Source: Lachnospiraceae bacterium
GTDB lineage: Bacteria > Bacillota > Clostridia > Lachnospirales > Lachnospiraceae
Length of the DNA stretch: 64,000 nt
Assembly (NCBI GenBank): GCA_017461865.1
Contig: JAFTVQ010000085.1
Coordinates: forward strand, 6,537 to 70,536
Direction of reading: 5' to 3'
A program made the position numbers and the translations under genes. The notes below the pieces were generated by a model. The model was not told the DNA's origin, searched no databases, and saw nothing but the letters and a program-made list of their open reading frames with translations. Positions 17,343 through 25,988 of the stretch are shown piece after piece; the first letter of the stretch is position 1, and every line of letters starts with the position of its first letter.

Positions 17343-18476
17343 TCAGAACAATTTTGCAATGTCATTGTAAAGCACAAATACCATGAGCACCATCAGACAA
17401 ACCATACCGATCATATGGACAAATCCCTCTTTTTCCGGAGGAACCGGTTTGCCCCGCACAGCCTCAACTACTAAAAACACCAATCTTCCGCCATCCAGCG
17501 CCGGAAAAGGAAGAAGATTGAGCACTCCAAGATTGGCAGAAAGCAAAATAGCAAAATTAAGCATATTCAGCCAAATATAGAACACACCATCCGGTTTGGA
17601 CTGATTGTATATATTATTGACCGTCTGTGCCATTCCCACCGGTCCTGACACATCATCTTTTGTCACCTGTCCCTGAATTAACAATTCCAGACTTTTGAAC
17701 GTCGTCTCAATCCAGTATCCCACCTCATAGGCACTGTATTTGAGCGTACCGGCAAATCCCGGCTTCACATACTGACCCACGCCGGAAAGTCCCATATAAT
17801 AGCGCTGCGCCGCCTCATCATAAATCGGAGTGATTACCGTCTGATACGTCTCCCCGTCCCGTTCATATGTCACTTCAATATTTTCTCCGCGGTTTAACAT
17901 GGACCGGAGACTGATTTCCCTGTAAAGATGAATCTTATTTCCATCCATGCGGACAATTTTATCGCCATCCCGCAGGCCTGCTTCATAAGCAGCACCGTCT
18001 TCCAGCACGGTTGTCACCACAGGCATATCCGCCCCGTAACTACCGACAATAATCATGGAGAAAAAAAATGCAAGAATAAAATTAAAAATCGGACCTGCTA
18101 TCACCGTTGCAATCCTGACAAATACCGGTGCATCCGGAAAAGCTCCCGACTTTTTCCCGAGCTGTGTGTCACGAACCGGAGATGCATCTGTCTTTTCTGC
18201 CGATTTCATCTCCGCAGATTTCTCTGCCGGTTCCCCGCCGGATTCATCCTCCGCAAGATTCAGCCCGTCTTCCCCCTCAAACATACAGGCTCCGCCCAAC
18301 GGCAAAAGCCGAATGGCATATTTCGTCCCGCCCTTTGTAAAGGAAAAAATACAAGGCCCCATTCCCACGGAAAATTCCACTACATGGATGCCATTCATTT
18401 TTGCAATGATAAAATGCCCGAATTCATGTGCAATCACTACAACACAAAAAATCAGTATAAACAAAACAATGCCCAA
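17343..18476 (-). CDS. rseP: RIP zinc metalloprotease RseP/RasP
   Basis: HEFGHFIIA zinc motif in TM1, PDZ-like middle region, NLLPFPALDGG motif. TTG start 7 nt after AGGTG. Confidence 0.9.
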   Translation of the reverse strand: MGIVLFILIFCVVVIAHEFGHFIIAKMNGIHVVEFSVGMGPCIFSFTKGGTKYAIRLLPLGGACMFEGEDGLNLAEDESGGEPAEKSAEMKSAEKTDASPVRDTQLGKKSGAFPDAPVFVRIATVIAGPIFNFILAFFFSMIIVGSYGADMPVVTTVLEDGAAYEAGLRDGDKIVRMDGNKIHLYREISLRSMLNRGENIEVTYERDGETYQTVITPIYDEAAQRYYMGLSGVGQYVKPGFAGTLKYSAYEVGYWIETTFKSLELLIQGQVTKDDVSGPVGMAQTVNNIYNQSKPDGVFYIWLNMLNFAILLSANLGVLNLLPFPALDGGRLVFLVVEAVRGKPVPPEKEGFVHMIGMVCLMVLMVFVLYNDIAKLF

Positions 18477-18479
18477 AAT

Positions 18480-19625
18480 TTAACACCTGCTCTCAATAAA
18501 TTCGTAACAGGAAGCCTCTGTCTCCAAAATCTGCTCCACTGTCGGATTCTCGATAACACTATGCTGCTCCATGGATGCTCCGATCAATTCCGGAATATCC
18601 AAAAAGCCGATCTTCCGGTTCAAAAACAGACTGACTGCCTTTTCATTGGCCGCATTAAATACCGTCGGCATACTTCCGCCGATACGGAACGCTTCATAAG
18701 CAAGCCCAAGTCCGGCAAACACCTCCGGATCCGGCTCTTCAAACGTAATCTCCCGAAGCGCAAAAAAATCCACTTTATTGTCACTCATCGGCAATCTGTC
18801 CGGGTAAAAAAGCGCATATTGAATCGGCAGCTTCATATCCGGAACGCCAAGCTGTGCCATCACCGCACCATCTACATACTCTACCATAGAATGTATGATG
18901 CTCTGTGGTTGTACTACTACTTTTATTTTATCCGCTGTCACGCCAAATAACCAACCGGCTTCCATAATTTCAAGCCCTTTGTTGACCATAGTGGCGGAAT
19001 CAATGGTAATCTTTCTTCCCATGGCCCAGTTCGGATGTTTTAACGCATCCTCCACCTGCACCGATTTCATCTGTTCTTTTGTCCATCCGCGGAACGGTCC
19101 ACCGGATGCTGTCAGCAGAATCTTACTGATTTTATCTTTCGGCTCTCCGTTTAACGACTGGAAAATTGCACTGTGTTCACTATCCACCGGAAGGATTTTA
19201 ACGCCGTATTCCTTTGCCAACGGCATAATAATATGCCCCGCTGTCACAAGCGTTTCCTTATTGGCAAGTGCAATGTCCTTTCCCGCCCTGATTGCTGCAA
19301 TCGTCGGCCGGATACCGATCATGCCTACAATGGCAGTCACCACAACATCCGCCTGCAAAAGAGACGAAATCTCAATAAGTCCTTCCATACCGGCCAGCAC
19401 CTTCACATCGGTGTCACTGACACGCACGCGAAGCTCCTGCGCCGCCTCCTCCGTCCACATAACCGCATAGGACGGTTTATACTGTCTGATCTGCTGTTCC
19501 ATTTTATCAACATTGCTTCCTGCCGCAAGCGCAAGTACGGAAAGTTTTTCCGGATAACTGCTCACTACCTCAAGCGTCTGTGTTCCTATGGAACCGGTAG
19601 AACCCAACAAAACAATTTTTTTCAT
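18480..19625 (-). CDS. dxr: 1-deoxy-D-xylulose 5-phosphate reductoisomerase
   Basis: 381 aa. LGSTGSIGTQTL NADPH motif, DSEHSAIFQ, NKGLE motifs. Confidence 0.95.
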   Translation of the reverse strand: MKKIVLLGSTGSIGTQTLEVVSSYPEKLSVLALAAGSNVDKMEQQIRQYKPSYAVMWTEEAAQELRVRVSDTDVKVLAGMEGLIEISSLLQADVVVTAIVGMIGIRPTIAAIRAGKDIALANKETLVTAGHIIMPLAKEYGVKILPVDSEHSAIFQSLNGEPKDKISKILLTASGGPFRGWTKEQMKSVQVEDALKHPNWAMGRKITIDSATMVNKGLEIMEAGWLFGVTADKIKVVVQPQSIIHSMVEYVDGAVMAQLGVPDMKLPIQYALFYPDRLPMSDNKVDFFALREITFEEPDPEVFAGLGLAYEAFRIGGSMPTVFNAANEKAVSLFLNRKIGFLDIPELIGASMEQHSVIENPTVEQILETEASCYEFIESRC

Positions 19626-19659
19626 AATAACTGATCCTCTTGTCTGTCAAACTATAGCT

Positions 19660-20484
19660 CTAGTGCATCAATAACATCGCCCCGTAATAGATGAGCGGAG
19701 CTGTCACAATTACACTGTCAAAACGGTCAACAATACCGCCGTGTCCCGGAATCAGATTGCCGTAATCCTTGATTCCGTAATCTCTCTTAATACCTGACGC
19801 AGCCAAGTCTCCGATCTGGCTGAGAACAGAACCAACCGCCGCAATCATCGGAAATGCCCACAGCGCGTTGTCCGGAATAATAATAGTCTGAATTTTCTGC
19901 AGTACCAGTGCATACAAAAATCCGGCCAAAGCTGCGCCGAGCACTCCTCCCACAGAACCCTCGACTGATTTTTTCGGGCTGAGCACCGGAGCAAGCTTAT
20001 GTTTTCCAAGCAGCACGCCGGAAAAATAAGCAAAAGTATCACACACCCACGATGCAATGAACACGAGCCACACAATATAAATTCCGTTCTCCATCATTCT
20101 CGTCTGATAAATATACGAAAGAAGAACCGGTGCATAGATAAAGGAAAATGCTGCTGCCATAAGCTTATCAGCTTTATATTTCGGAAAGGTCAGTACATAT
20201 ACAAGCAGCATTCCCATAATCGTCAGTATGATTGGAAACAGGAAAAACACCTTGTCCGTCGCCTGACTGATTACTATGTAGTATGCTGCGATGCCGGCAT
20301 ATCCAACCATCTCGACACCGCACATTTTTTTCTCATCCGGTCTCACATGTGTAGCTTTGATAAGTTCGTTGAATCCGATAAGAGAAACTAAAAGCGTAAC
20401 ACCGAACAAAATCCATCCCCCGGAGAACATGGTAATTGCCAAAATAATTACAATAAATATTCCACTGATTACTCGTGTAAGCAT
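19660..20484 (-). CDS. cdsA: phosphatidate cytidylyltransferase
   Basis: 274 aa polytopic membrane protein with the CdsA C-terminal signature SGIKRDYGIKDYGNLIPGHGGIVDRFDS. Confidence 0.9.
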   Translation of the reverse strand: MLTRVISGIFIVIILAITMFSGGWILFGVTLLVSLIGFNELIKATHVRPDEKKMCGVEMVGYAGIAAYYIVISQATDKVFFLFPIILTIMGMLLVYVLTFPKYKADKLMAAAFSFIYAPVLLSYIYQTRMMENGIYIVWLVFIASWVCDTFAYFSGVLLGKHKLAPVLSPKKSVEGSVGGVLGAALAGFLYALVLQKIQTIIIPDNALWAFPMIAAVGSVLSQIGDLAASGIKRDYGIKDYGNLIPGHGGIVDRFDSVIVTAPLIYYGAMLLMH

Positions 20485-20487
20485 GGC

Positions 20488-21195
20488 TTACTCCTCCTTT
20501 ACAAGTCCGAAGCGGCGATCGCGCACATTGTATGTCTCAATCGCTTTTTCCAGTTCTTTTTTATCAAATGCCGGCCACGGCACATCGGTAAAATAAAATT
20601 CCGTATACGCAAGCTGCCAAATCAGGAAATTGGAAATTCTCTGTTCTCCGCTGGTCCGGATCATCAAATCCGGCTCCGGAATCCCTTTTGTGTCCAGATA
20701 ATCCGCAAAACGTTCTATCGTCATATCTTCCGGTTTCAATTTCCCCTGCTCTGTTTCCTGCATGATACTGCGCACCGCGCGGACCACTTCATCCTGCCCG
20801 CCGTAGTTAAGCGCAATCTGGAAATGAAGGCCTGTATTATTTTTTGTAGCTTCTTCCAATGCTGCAATGCTTTCCTGTATATCTTCCGAAAGCTTTGTCT
20901 TATCTCCTATCACACGGACACACATATTGTTTTTTTCTGCTGTCTTCAAAGAAGTACTCAAATACTTGTGTAACAGCTTCATCAGCGCATCTACCTCATC
21001 TTTGGGGCGATTCCAGTTTTCCGTAGAAAATGCATACACCGTCAGATATTGCACCCCCATCTTGTAGGCTTCTTCACAGATGACCTCCACATTTTTACTT
21101 CCCTGCACATGCCCGTAATTACGGGGCATACCTTTACTTTTTGCCCATCTTCCGTTTCCGTCCAGAATGATGGCAATATGATTCGGCACTACCAT
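20488..21195 (-). CDS. uppS: isoprenyl transferase (undecaprenyl diphosphate synthase)
   Basis: HIAIILDGNGRWA, YAFSTENWNRP and RTSGEQRISNFLIWQ motifs. Start ATG 21195 sits 5 nt after GGAGG. The ORF-track TTG lies inside the RBS. Confidence 0.92.
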   Translation of the reverse strand: MVVPNHIAIILDGNGRWAKSKGMPRNYGHVQGSKNVEVICEEAYKMGVQYLTVYAFSTENWNRPKDEVDALMKLLHKYLSTSLKTAEKNNMCVRVIGDKTKLSEDIQESIAALEEATKNNTGLHFQIALNYGGQDEVVRAVRSIMQETEQGKLKPEDMTIERFADYLDTKGIPEPDLMIRTSGEQRISNFLIWQLAYTEFYFTDVPWPAFDKKELEKAIETYNVRDRRFGLVKEE

Positions 21196-21221
21196 ACATA
21201 CCTCCAAATGTGAATATAAAC

Positions 21222-21254
21222 GAAAGGGGAAAGGCCTCCGACCTCTCCCGTTTC
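21222..21254 (-). terminator. GC-rich hairpin between frr and uppS (partial terminator or processing/stability element)
   Basis: Minus strand reads GAAACGGGAGAGG-TCGGAGG-CCTTTCCCCTTTC (13-bp stem with 1 mismatch and 1 G:U), followed by GTTTATATT. Confidence 0.3.
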
Positions 21255-21266
21255 TTCCACCGCATA

Positions 21267-21818
21267 TTAAACGGTCATGATTTCCTTTGATTTTTCATCT
21301 ACCATTCCATCAATCTGTTTGATGAATTTATCTGTCATTTTCTGAAGCTGATCTTCCAGCTGTTTGATTTCATCCTCTGAAACATCGCTCTTTCCGAGTT
21401 TCTTAAGGGCATCGTTACCGTCTCTTCTGATATTGCGGACAGCAACTTTATTTTCCTCACCCTTCTTCTTGACATCTTTTACCAAATCTTTACGACGCTC
21501 TTCCGTAAGCTCCGGGAAAACAAGACGGATAACCGATCCGTCATTTGACGGTGTAATACCTACATCCGACATCATAATTGCTTTCTCAATCTCTTTGATG
21601 AGTGTTTTTTCCCAAGGTGCGATCTGAAGCATTCTCGGTTCCGGCACCGTAATATTACCAACTTGCTGAAGCGGTGTCGGTGTTCCGTAATAATCCACTT
21701 TGATTTTATCAAGCACGTGCGGATTTGCTCTTCCTGCACGGATTGTTGCAAATTCCGAAACCAGATGATCTACCGTCTTCTGCATTTTGTCTTCATAAAC
21801 TTTAATTCTCTCATCCAT
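21267..21818 (-). CDS. frr: ribosome recycling factor
   Basis: 183 aa with typical Frr sequence (RAGRANPHVLDKIKVDYYGTPTPL, RLVFPELTEERRKDLVK). Confidence 0.95.
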   Translation of the reverse strand: MDERIKVYEDKMQKTVDHLVSEFATIRAGRANPHVLDKIKVDYYGTPTPLQQVGNITVPEPRMLQIAPWEKTLIKEIEKAIMMSDVGITPSNDGSVIRLVFPELTEERRKDLVKDVKKKGEENKVAVRNIRRDGNDALKKLGKSDVSEDEIKQLEDQLQKMTDKFIKQIDGMVDEKSKEIMTV

Positions 21819-21831
21819 TTTGATATCCTCC

Positions 21832-22527
21832 CTATACCGTTACCTTCGTACCGTTAAACTTCCCGTTCATTGTATTCACAATACTGTTTTCTTCATTTAA
21901 GCCGAATACCCACATCGGCATTTTATTTTCTTTTGCAAGAATGGAAGCTGTCATATCTACAACCTGAAGATTTTTAGCCACCACTTCATCAATGGATACC
22001 TCATCGTATTTCTTTGCTTCCGGATTTACTCTCGGATCATCGTCGTACACTCCGTCAATCGCCTTCGCCAGAAGAATAACATCCGCTTCCACCTCAATCG
22101 AACGGAGCATAACTCCTGTATCGGTAGAGAAATACGGATGACCGGTACCTCCTGCAAAAAAGACTACCATGCCTTCCTCAAAACACTGATTGGCGCGGTC
22201 TTTGGAAAATAATTCCGTAAAGGCACCGCACGTAAACGGTGTCATAATATTTGTTTTCATTCCGACGCTCCGGAATATTTCGGAAACATAAATGCAATTC
22301 ATGATGGTTGCAAGCATTCCAATCTGATCGGCTTTGGTACGATCGATATTTTCGCTGGTACGTCCTCTCCAGAAATTACCTCCGCCGATGACAATTCCAA
22401 CCTGGACACCGTCATCCACAAGATGTTTTACCTGAACGGCAACAGCTCTGACCGTCTCCTCGTCAAATCCTGTTTTCTTTTCTCCTGCAAGAGCTTCCCC
22501 GCTCAATTTCAACATGATTCTTTTCAT
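21832..22527 (-). CDS. pyrH: UMP kinase
   Basis: 231 aa. RIMLKLSGEAL, GIVIGGGNFWRG and FFAGGTGHPYFSTDT motifs. Confidence 0.95.
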   Translation of the reverse strand: MKRIMLKLSGEALAGEKKTGFDEETVRAVAVQVKHLVDDGVQVGIVIGGGNFWRGRTSENIDRTKADQIGMLATIMNCIYVSEIFRSVGMKTNIMTPFTCGAFTELFSKDRANQCFEEGMVVFFAGGTGHPYFSTDTGVMLRSIEVEADVILLAKAIDGVYDDDPRVNPEAKKYDEVSIDEVVAKNLQVVDMTASILAKENKMPMWVFGLNEENSIVNTMNGKFNGTKVTV

Positions 22528-22542
22528 AAGTTGTCTCCTGTC

Positions 22543-23652
22543 TTATTTCTGAATCAGTTCATCAAAGAAGGATGTCGGATTCACTTCTGCGTAACACTGT
22601 GAGCACATACCTTCAATAACGGCACCATTATTAATCTGTACAGATTTTGATTTAATATTACCCATAACAATCGCAGATGCATCCAGGATTACCGGTCCCT
22701 GTACATCAATATCTCCTTTTACAGCACCGGCAACCACTGCGCTGGTAGCTGAAATATCACCGATAATGACAGAGTTCTGTCCGATTTTGATGGTTCCGCT
22801 TGCAACTACTTTTCCTGTAATATGTGCAGAATCCGCAAATACTTCTGCTGCTTTAGAATCTCCTTCAATTGTTCCGGATACATTCAATTTGCCGAGAACT
22901 TCCACGTTTCCTTTCACTTTACCGAGAATCTCAATACTTCCCTTGGAAACCATATCACCGGTAATCATCATGCCGGCAGTAATCACTGCTGTTTCATCCA
23001 CTACTTCTTCTTCCGCCAAATTAATTTTCTGTTCTGCCATTGCTTTTTCTACCTCTTTTTCTAATTCTGTTTCTTCTTTTTCTTCTTCCTGCTCTACTGC
23101 AAGAAGTTCCTCCGGAGACTGCATTTCTCTCTCTTCGAAATCCTCTCCTCCGGCCTCCTCTTTTGCAACAATATTTGCAATGCTGGCTATCTGTGCCGCA
23201 GCTGCATCGATTACCGGTGTCGCTGCCGGTTGCTGCTCTTCCTCTTCCGGCTCCGCCAACTCTTCCGCTTCTTCCAAAATCTCTTCCGGTTCTGCCACAG
23301 TCTCTTCCTCCGCAACCTCTTCCGGCTGCGCTGCAGCTTCTTCCTCTGCAACATCCTCCGGCTCTTCTGTAACCTCTTCCTCTGTTGCCTCCTCCGGCTG
23401 TGCTGTATCCTCTACAACATCCTCTGTCTCTTCTTCCTCAAGGGTAAGTTCCTCAATTTCTGCTTCCGTCTCTGTTTCCGCATCCGTTTCTGTCGCAAAC
23501 TCTTCCGCAAGGGCCTTCTCAACTTCTTTCATGGCCTCTTCCACCGCTGTATCCTCTTCCAAATCCAGCTGGTCTGCTTCCTGTTTTTCTTCCGGGAGTA
23601 ACTCATCCACCGCAAGTGACAGATCTTCTTTTAAATCTTGAAAAAATCCCAC
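22543..23652 (-). CDS. bactofilin-domain (DUF583) cytoskeletal protein with a ~230-aa polyacidic N-terminal region
   Basis: C-terminal ~130 aa has bactofilin beta-helix repeats (ITGDMVSKGSIEILGKVKGNVEVLGKLNVSGTIEGD...VIIGDISATSAVVAGAVKGDIDVQGPVILDASAIVMGNIKSKSVQINNGAVIEG). N-terminal region is ~40% Glu by eye. GTG start 8 nt after GGAGG. Confidence 0.75.
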   Translation of the reverse strand: MGFFQDLKEDLSLAVDELLPEEKQEADQLDLEEDTAVEEAMKEVEKALAEEFATETDAETETEAEIEELTLEEEETEDVVEDTAQPEEATEEEVTEEPEDVAEEEAAAQPEEVAEEETVAEPEEILEEAEELAEPEEEEQQPAATPVIDAAAAQIASIANIVAKEEAGGEDFEEREMQSPEELLAVEQEEEKEETELEKEVEKAMAEQKINLAEEEVVDETAVITAGMMITGDMVSKGSIEILGKVKGNVEVLGKLNVSGTIEGDSKAAEVFADSAHITGKVVASGTIKIGQNSVIIGDISATSAVVAGAVKGDIDVQGPVILDASAIVMGNIKSKSVQINNGAVIEGMCSQCYAEVNPTSFFDELIQK

Positions 23653-23677
23653 CGTATTTTCCTCCGTTTCTTCATTT

Positions 23678-24667
23678 TCAGTTCACATCTTTTTCTTGTT
23701 GCAAATGCTGTACCATCGTCATTTCATCATCAACCGGTACAAACTCAATATTTTCCATACTCTGCAATTTTTCTATCATCAACGGCAAAGCTTCTACTGT
23801 CGCCGTCTTGTCTGATGCATCATGCAAAAGTACGACTGCCGTATGGTATTTCTCCACATGTTCGGTCACATTGTCTGCAATCTGCTGCGGACTCAACCTT
23901 CTTCCCGTAGCATCGCCGCACGAAACATTCCAATCCAGATAGAAAATGTCTTCCTGCGTGAGATATTCTGCCAGTTCTTCCATCGGCACATCGCTGACCC
24001 GGTTGGAACTTCCACCCGGAAAGCGGTAAAATCTGGACCAAACACCTGTCGTATCATACAAAAATTCCTGCAGTTTTTCCAAATCCTCCGCAAACATCTC
24101 CCGCGACGCATATATTTCATGATATCTGTGACTGTAGGAATGCATCCCGAGCGTATGTCCTTCCTCCACAATGCGTCTGTAAAGAGGTGCGTATACATCC
24201 TGCGTCTTGCCCGTCACAAAAAATGTCGCTTTCACATCGTATTGCTTTAATATATCAAGTATCTCATCCGTATACGAACTGGGTCCGTCATCAAATGTCA
24301 AATAAACTTTTGTGACATCCTCCCTGCCGTCTTTTACGGCATCCTTCCGGTTTGCATCTCCTTCGCTGCTTATCTCTCCCGCCGGATTAGCGCCTCCGGG
24401 TCCGACATCCAAAGCAACCGCCTGTTCTTTTATCACAATCTGATCCGCAAGATCTACCGAATCCACAATCACAATCGAAGCATCCTGCAACGCTCCCGCT
24501 TTCCTTGCGGCACTGAGCATATTTACCTGCTGTTGCAGTTGCTCCACCTTAATAAACAAAAGAATGCACAACAGAATCGGCAACAAAATACCCAAGATAA
24601 GGAATGCAATGATCCATTTTTTTAAAACACCGACCCTTGCGGTCCTCTCCTCCGTATTTTGTGACAT
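23678..24667 (-). CDS. membrane-anchored polysaccharide deacetylase (NodB homology domain)
   Basis: N-terminal TM segment (WIIAFLILGILLPILLCILLFI). NodB motifs YLTFDDGPS, GHTLGMHSYSH, FRFPGGSSN and VVLLHD. Confidence 0.85.
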   Translation of the reverse strand: MSQNTEERTARVGVLKKWIIAFLILGILLPILLCILLFIKVEQLQQQVNMLSAARKAGALQDASIVIVDSVDLADQIVIKEQAVALDVGPGGANPAGEISSEGDANRKDAVKDGREDVTKVYLTFDDGPSSYTDEILDILKQYDVKATFFVTGKTQDVYAPLYRRIVEEGHTLGMHSYSHRYHEIYASREMFAEDLEKLQEFLYDTTGVWSRFYRFPGGSSNRVSDVPMEELAEYLTQEDIFYLDWNVSCGDATGRRLSPQQIADNVTEHVEKYHTAVVLLHDASDKTATVEALPLMIEKLQSMENIEFVPVDDEMTMVQHLQQEKDVN

Positions 24668-24698
24668 ACCAAACTCTCTCCTTCTTCACATTCGATTT

Positions 24699-24707
24699 AT
24701 TGTACCA
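24699..24707 (-). promoter_or_regulatory. Possible extended -10 promoter for the deacetylase-bactofilin-pyrH transcription unit
   Basis: Minus strand reads TGg TACAAT ~25 nt upstream of the ATG. No convincing -35 (T-run only). Confidence 0.3.
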
Positions 24708-24732
24708 CAAATCATAATGTAAAAAAAGTGTT

Positions 24733-25833
24733 TTAGTATATAATTCTGTTTCTTCCTTCTTCTTTGCCGCGATACAATTTTTCATCCGCTGCCTTCAGCG
24801 TCGCATCCACATCATCCTGCTGTAAAAACTCCGTCAAACCGAAGGTCATTGTCACCTTAATTTCCTGTCCGTTTGCCGTAATCACTGTATCCTGCACCTT
24901 TTTACGGAGTTCTTCAAGCATGGCACAGGCCTCATCTCCGCTACAGTTAAAAAACACAAACAAAAACTCTTCTCCGCCCCAGCGGATTGCAAAATCCCTG
25001 CGCCGCATTTCGCTTTGGAACAAATTTGCAAGTGTTTTCAGCACTTCATCACCGGCATCATGTCCGTAAGTATCATTTACCTTTTTAAAATAGTCGATAT
25101 CTGCTATGCTGACACAGCACCCTTCCGCCATTTCCGCATTGTGCGAAACCGCCTCAAGCAAATCCCTTCCTTTTCTCCTGTTATAAAGTCCGGTCAGCGC
25201 ATCTTCCGTCGCCTGCTTTTCAAGTATCGCATTGTATTCCAGCAGTTTCCCCTCCAATTCCTGACTGCTCTCGCTGCAAACAAAGCAGATAAAGGAGATA
25301 CACCAGAAAATCATGACGGTATTAATAACCTGCAACGTCGTTATCTCACCGGACAACAGAACAATTTCCGGCGTCCGCATATAGTAAAAACGAAACATAA
25401 AAAGTCGAAAAATTGTAACAGCCACTGCAAAAATAATCTTTTTTCCGTAATTTTTGTATTTCGAGAAAAAATACAAAATAAGTAAAATCATCAAAAAGTG
25501 CTGCACACCGGTATTCCATCCGAGAAAATGCACATAGCTGACTACACAAACGAGCGTAACCGCAACAAATCCCCAAAGTGTAACCGATGTCTTACCCCGA
25601 TAAGTCATGGCAAACATAACAAGACATGCAACAATATACAACACAAAAAGTGCCATACTCTGAAAATACATGTACATGACACCGCACAACAATATATTAA
25701 TCGCATAATACACAATATAGGACAACAAAAGAACTCGCACTATCACTGTGATTTTCTTCGGTTCATTCACAGCTCCCGTGTCTTTCCTCACAAAATCAAT
25801 AAATCTATTTATTATCCCTTTTTTTGTATCCAT
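24733..25833 (-). CDS. membrane-bound diguanylate cyclase (GGDEF domain with I-site)
   Basis: About 6 predicted TM helices in the N-terminal 190 aa. C-terminal GGDEF domain has DALTGLYNRR, DIDYFKKVNDTYGHDAGD, the RRRD I-site 5 residues before GGEEF, and RGKEEGRN. Confidence 0.88.
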   Translation of the reverse strand: MDTKKGIINRFIDFVRKDTGAVNEPKKITVIVRVLLLSYIVYYAINILLCGVMYMYFQSMALFVLYIVACLVMFAMTYRGKTSVTLWGFVAVTLVCVVSYVHFLGWNTGVQHFLMILLILYFFSKYKNYGKKIIFAVAVTIFRLFMFRFYYMRTPEIVLLSGEITTLQVINTVMIFWCISFICFVCSESSQELEGKLLEYNAILEKQATEDALTGLYNRRKGRDLLEAVSHNAEMAEGCCVSIADIDYFKKVNDTYGHDAGDEVLKTLANLFQSEMRRRDFAIRWGGEEFLFVFFNCSGDEACAMLEELRKKVQDTVITANGQEIKVTMTFGLTEFLQQDDVDATLKAADEKLYRGKEEGRNRIIY

Positions 25834-25862
25834 TTCCTCATCCCCATCTAGATATTGTGTAT

Positions 25863-25891
25863 ATTTTACACCATTTCAGACAGATATGCAA
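25863..25891 (-). promoter_or_regulatory. Predicted sigma-A promoter of the GGDEF gene
   Basis: Minus strand reads TTGCAT (25886..25891), 17 nt, TAAAAT (25863..25868). Lies just downstream of the tsf terminator. Confidence 0.5.
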
Positions 25892-25914
25892 ACAGTTGGC
25901 ACCTGCAACCGACA

Positions 25915-25959
25915 CAAAAAAGCCCCTGAAATCGCAAAAAATCACAATTTCAAGGGCTT
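25915..25959 (-). terminator. Rho-independent terminator of rpsB-tsf
   Basis: Minus strand reads AAGCCCTTGAAAT-(loop)-ATTTCAGGGGCTT followed by TTTTTGTG. Lies 30 nt after the tsf stop. Confidence 0.8.
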
Positions 25960-25988
25960 GTTTTTAATTTTGTACAATTTAACGCTGA

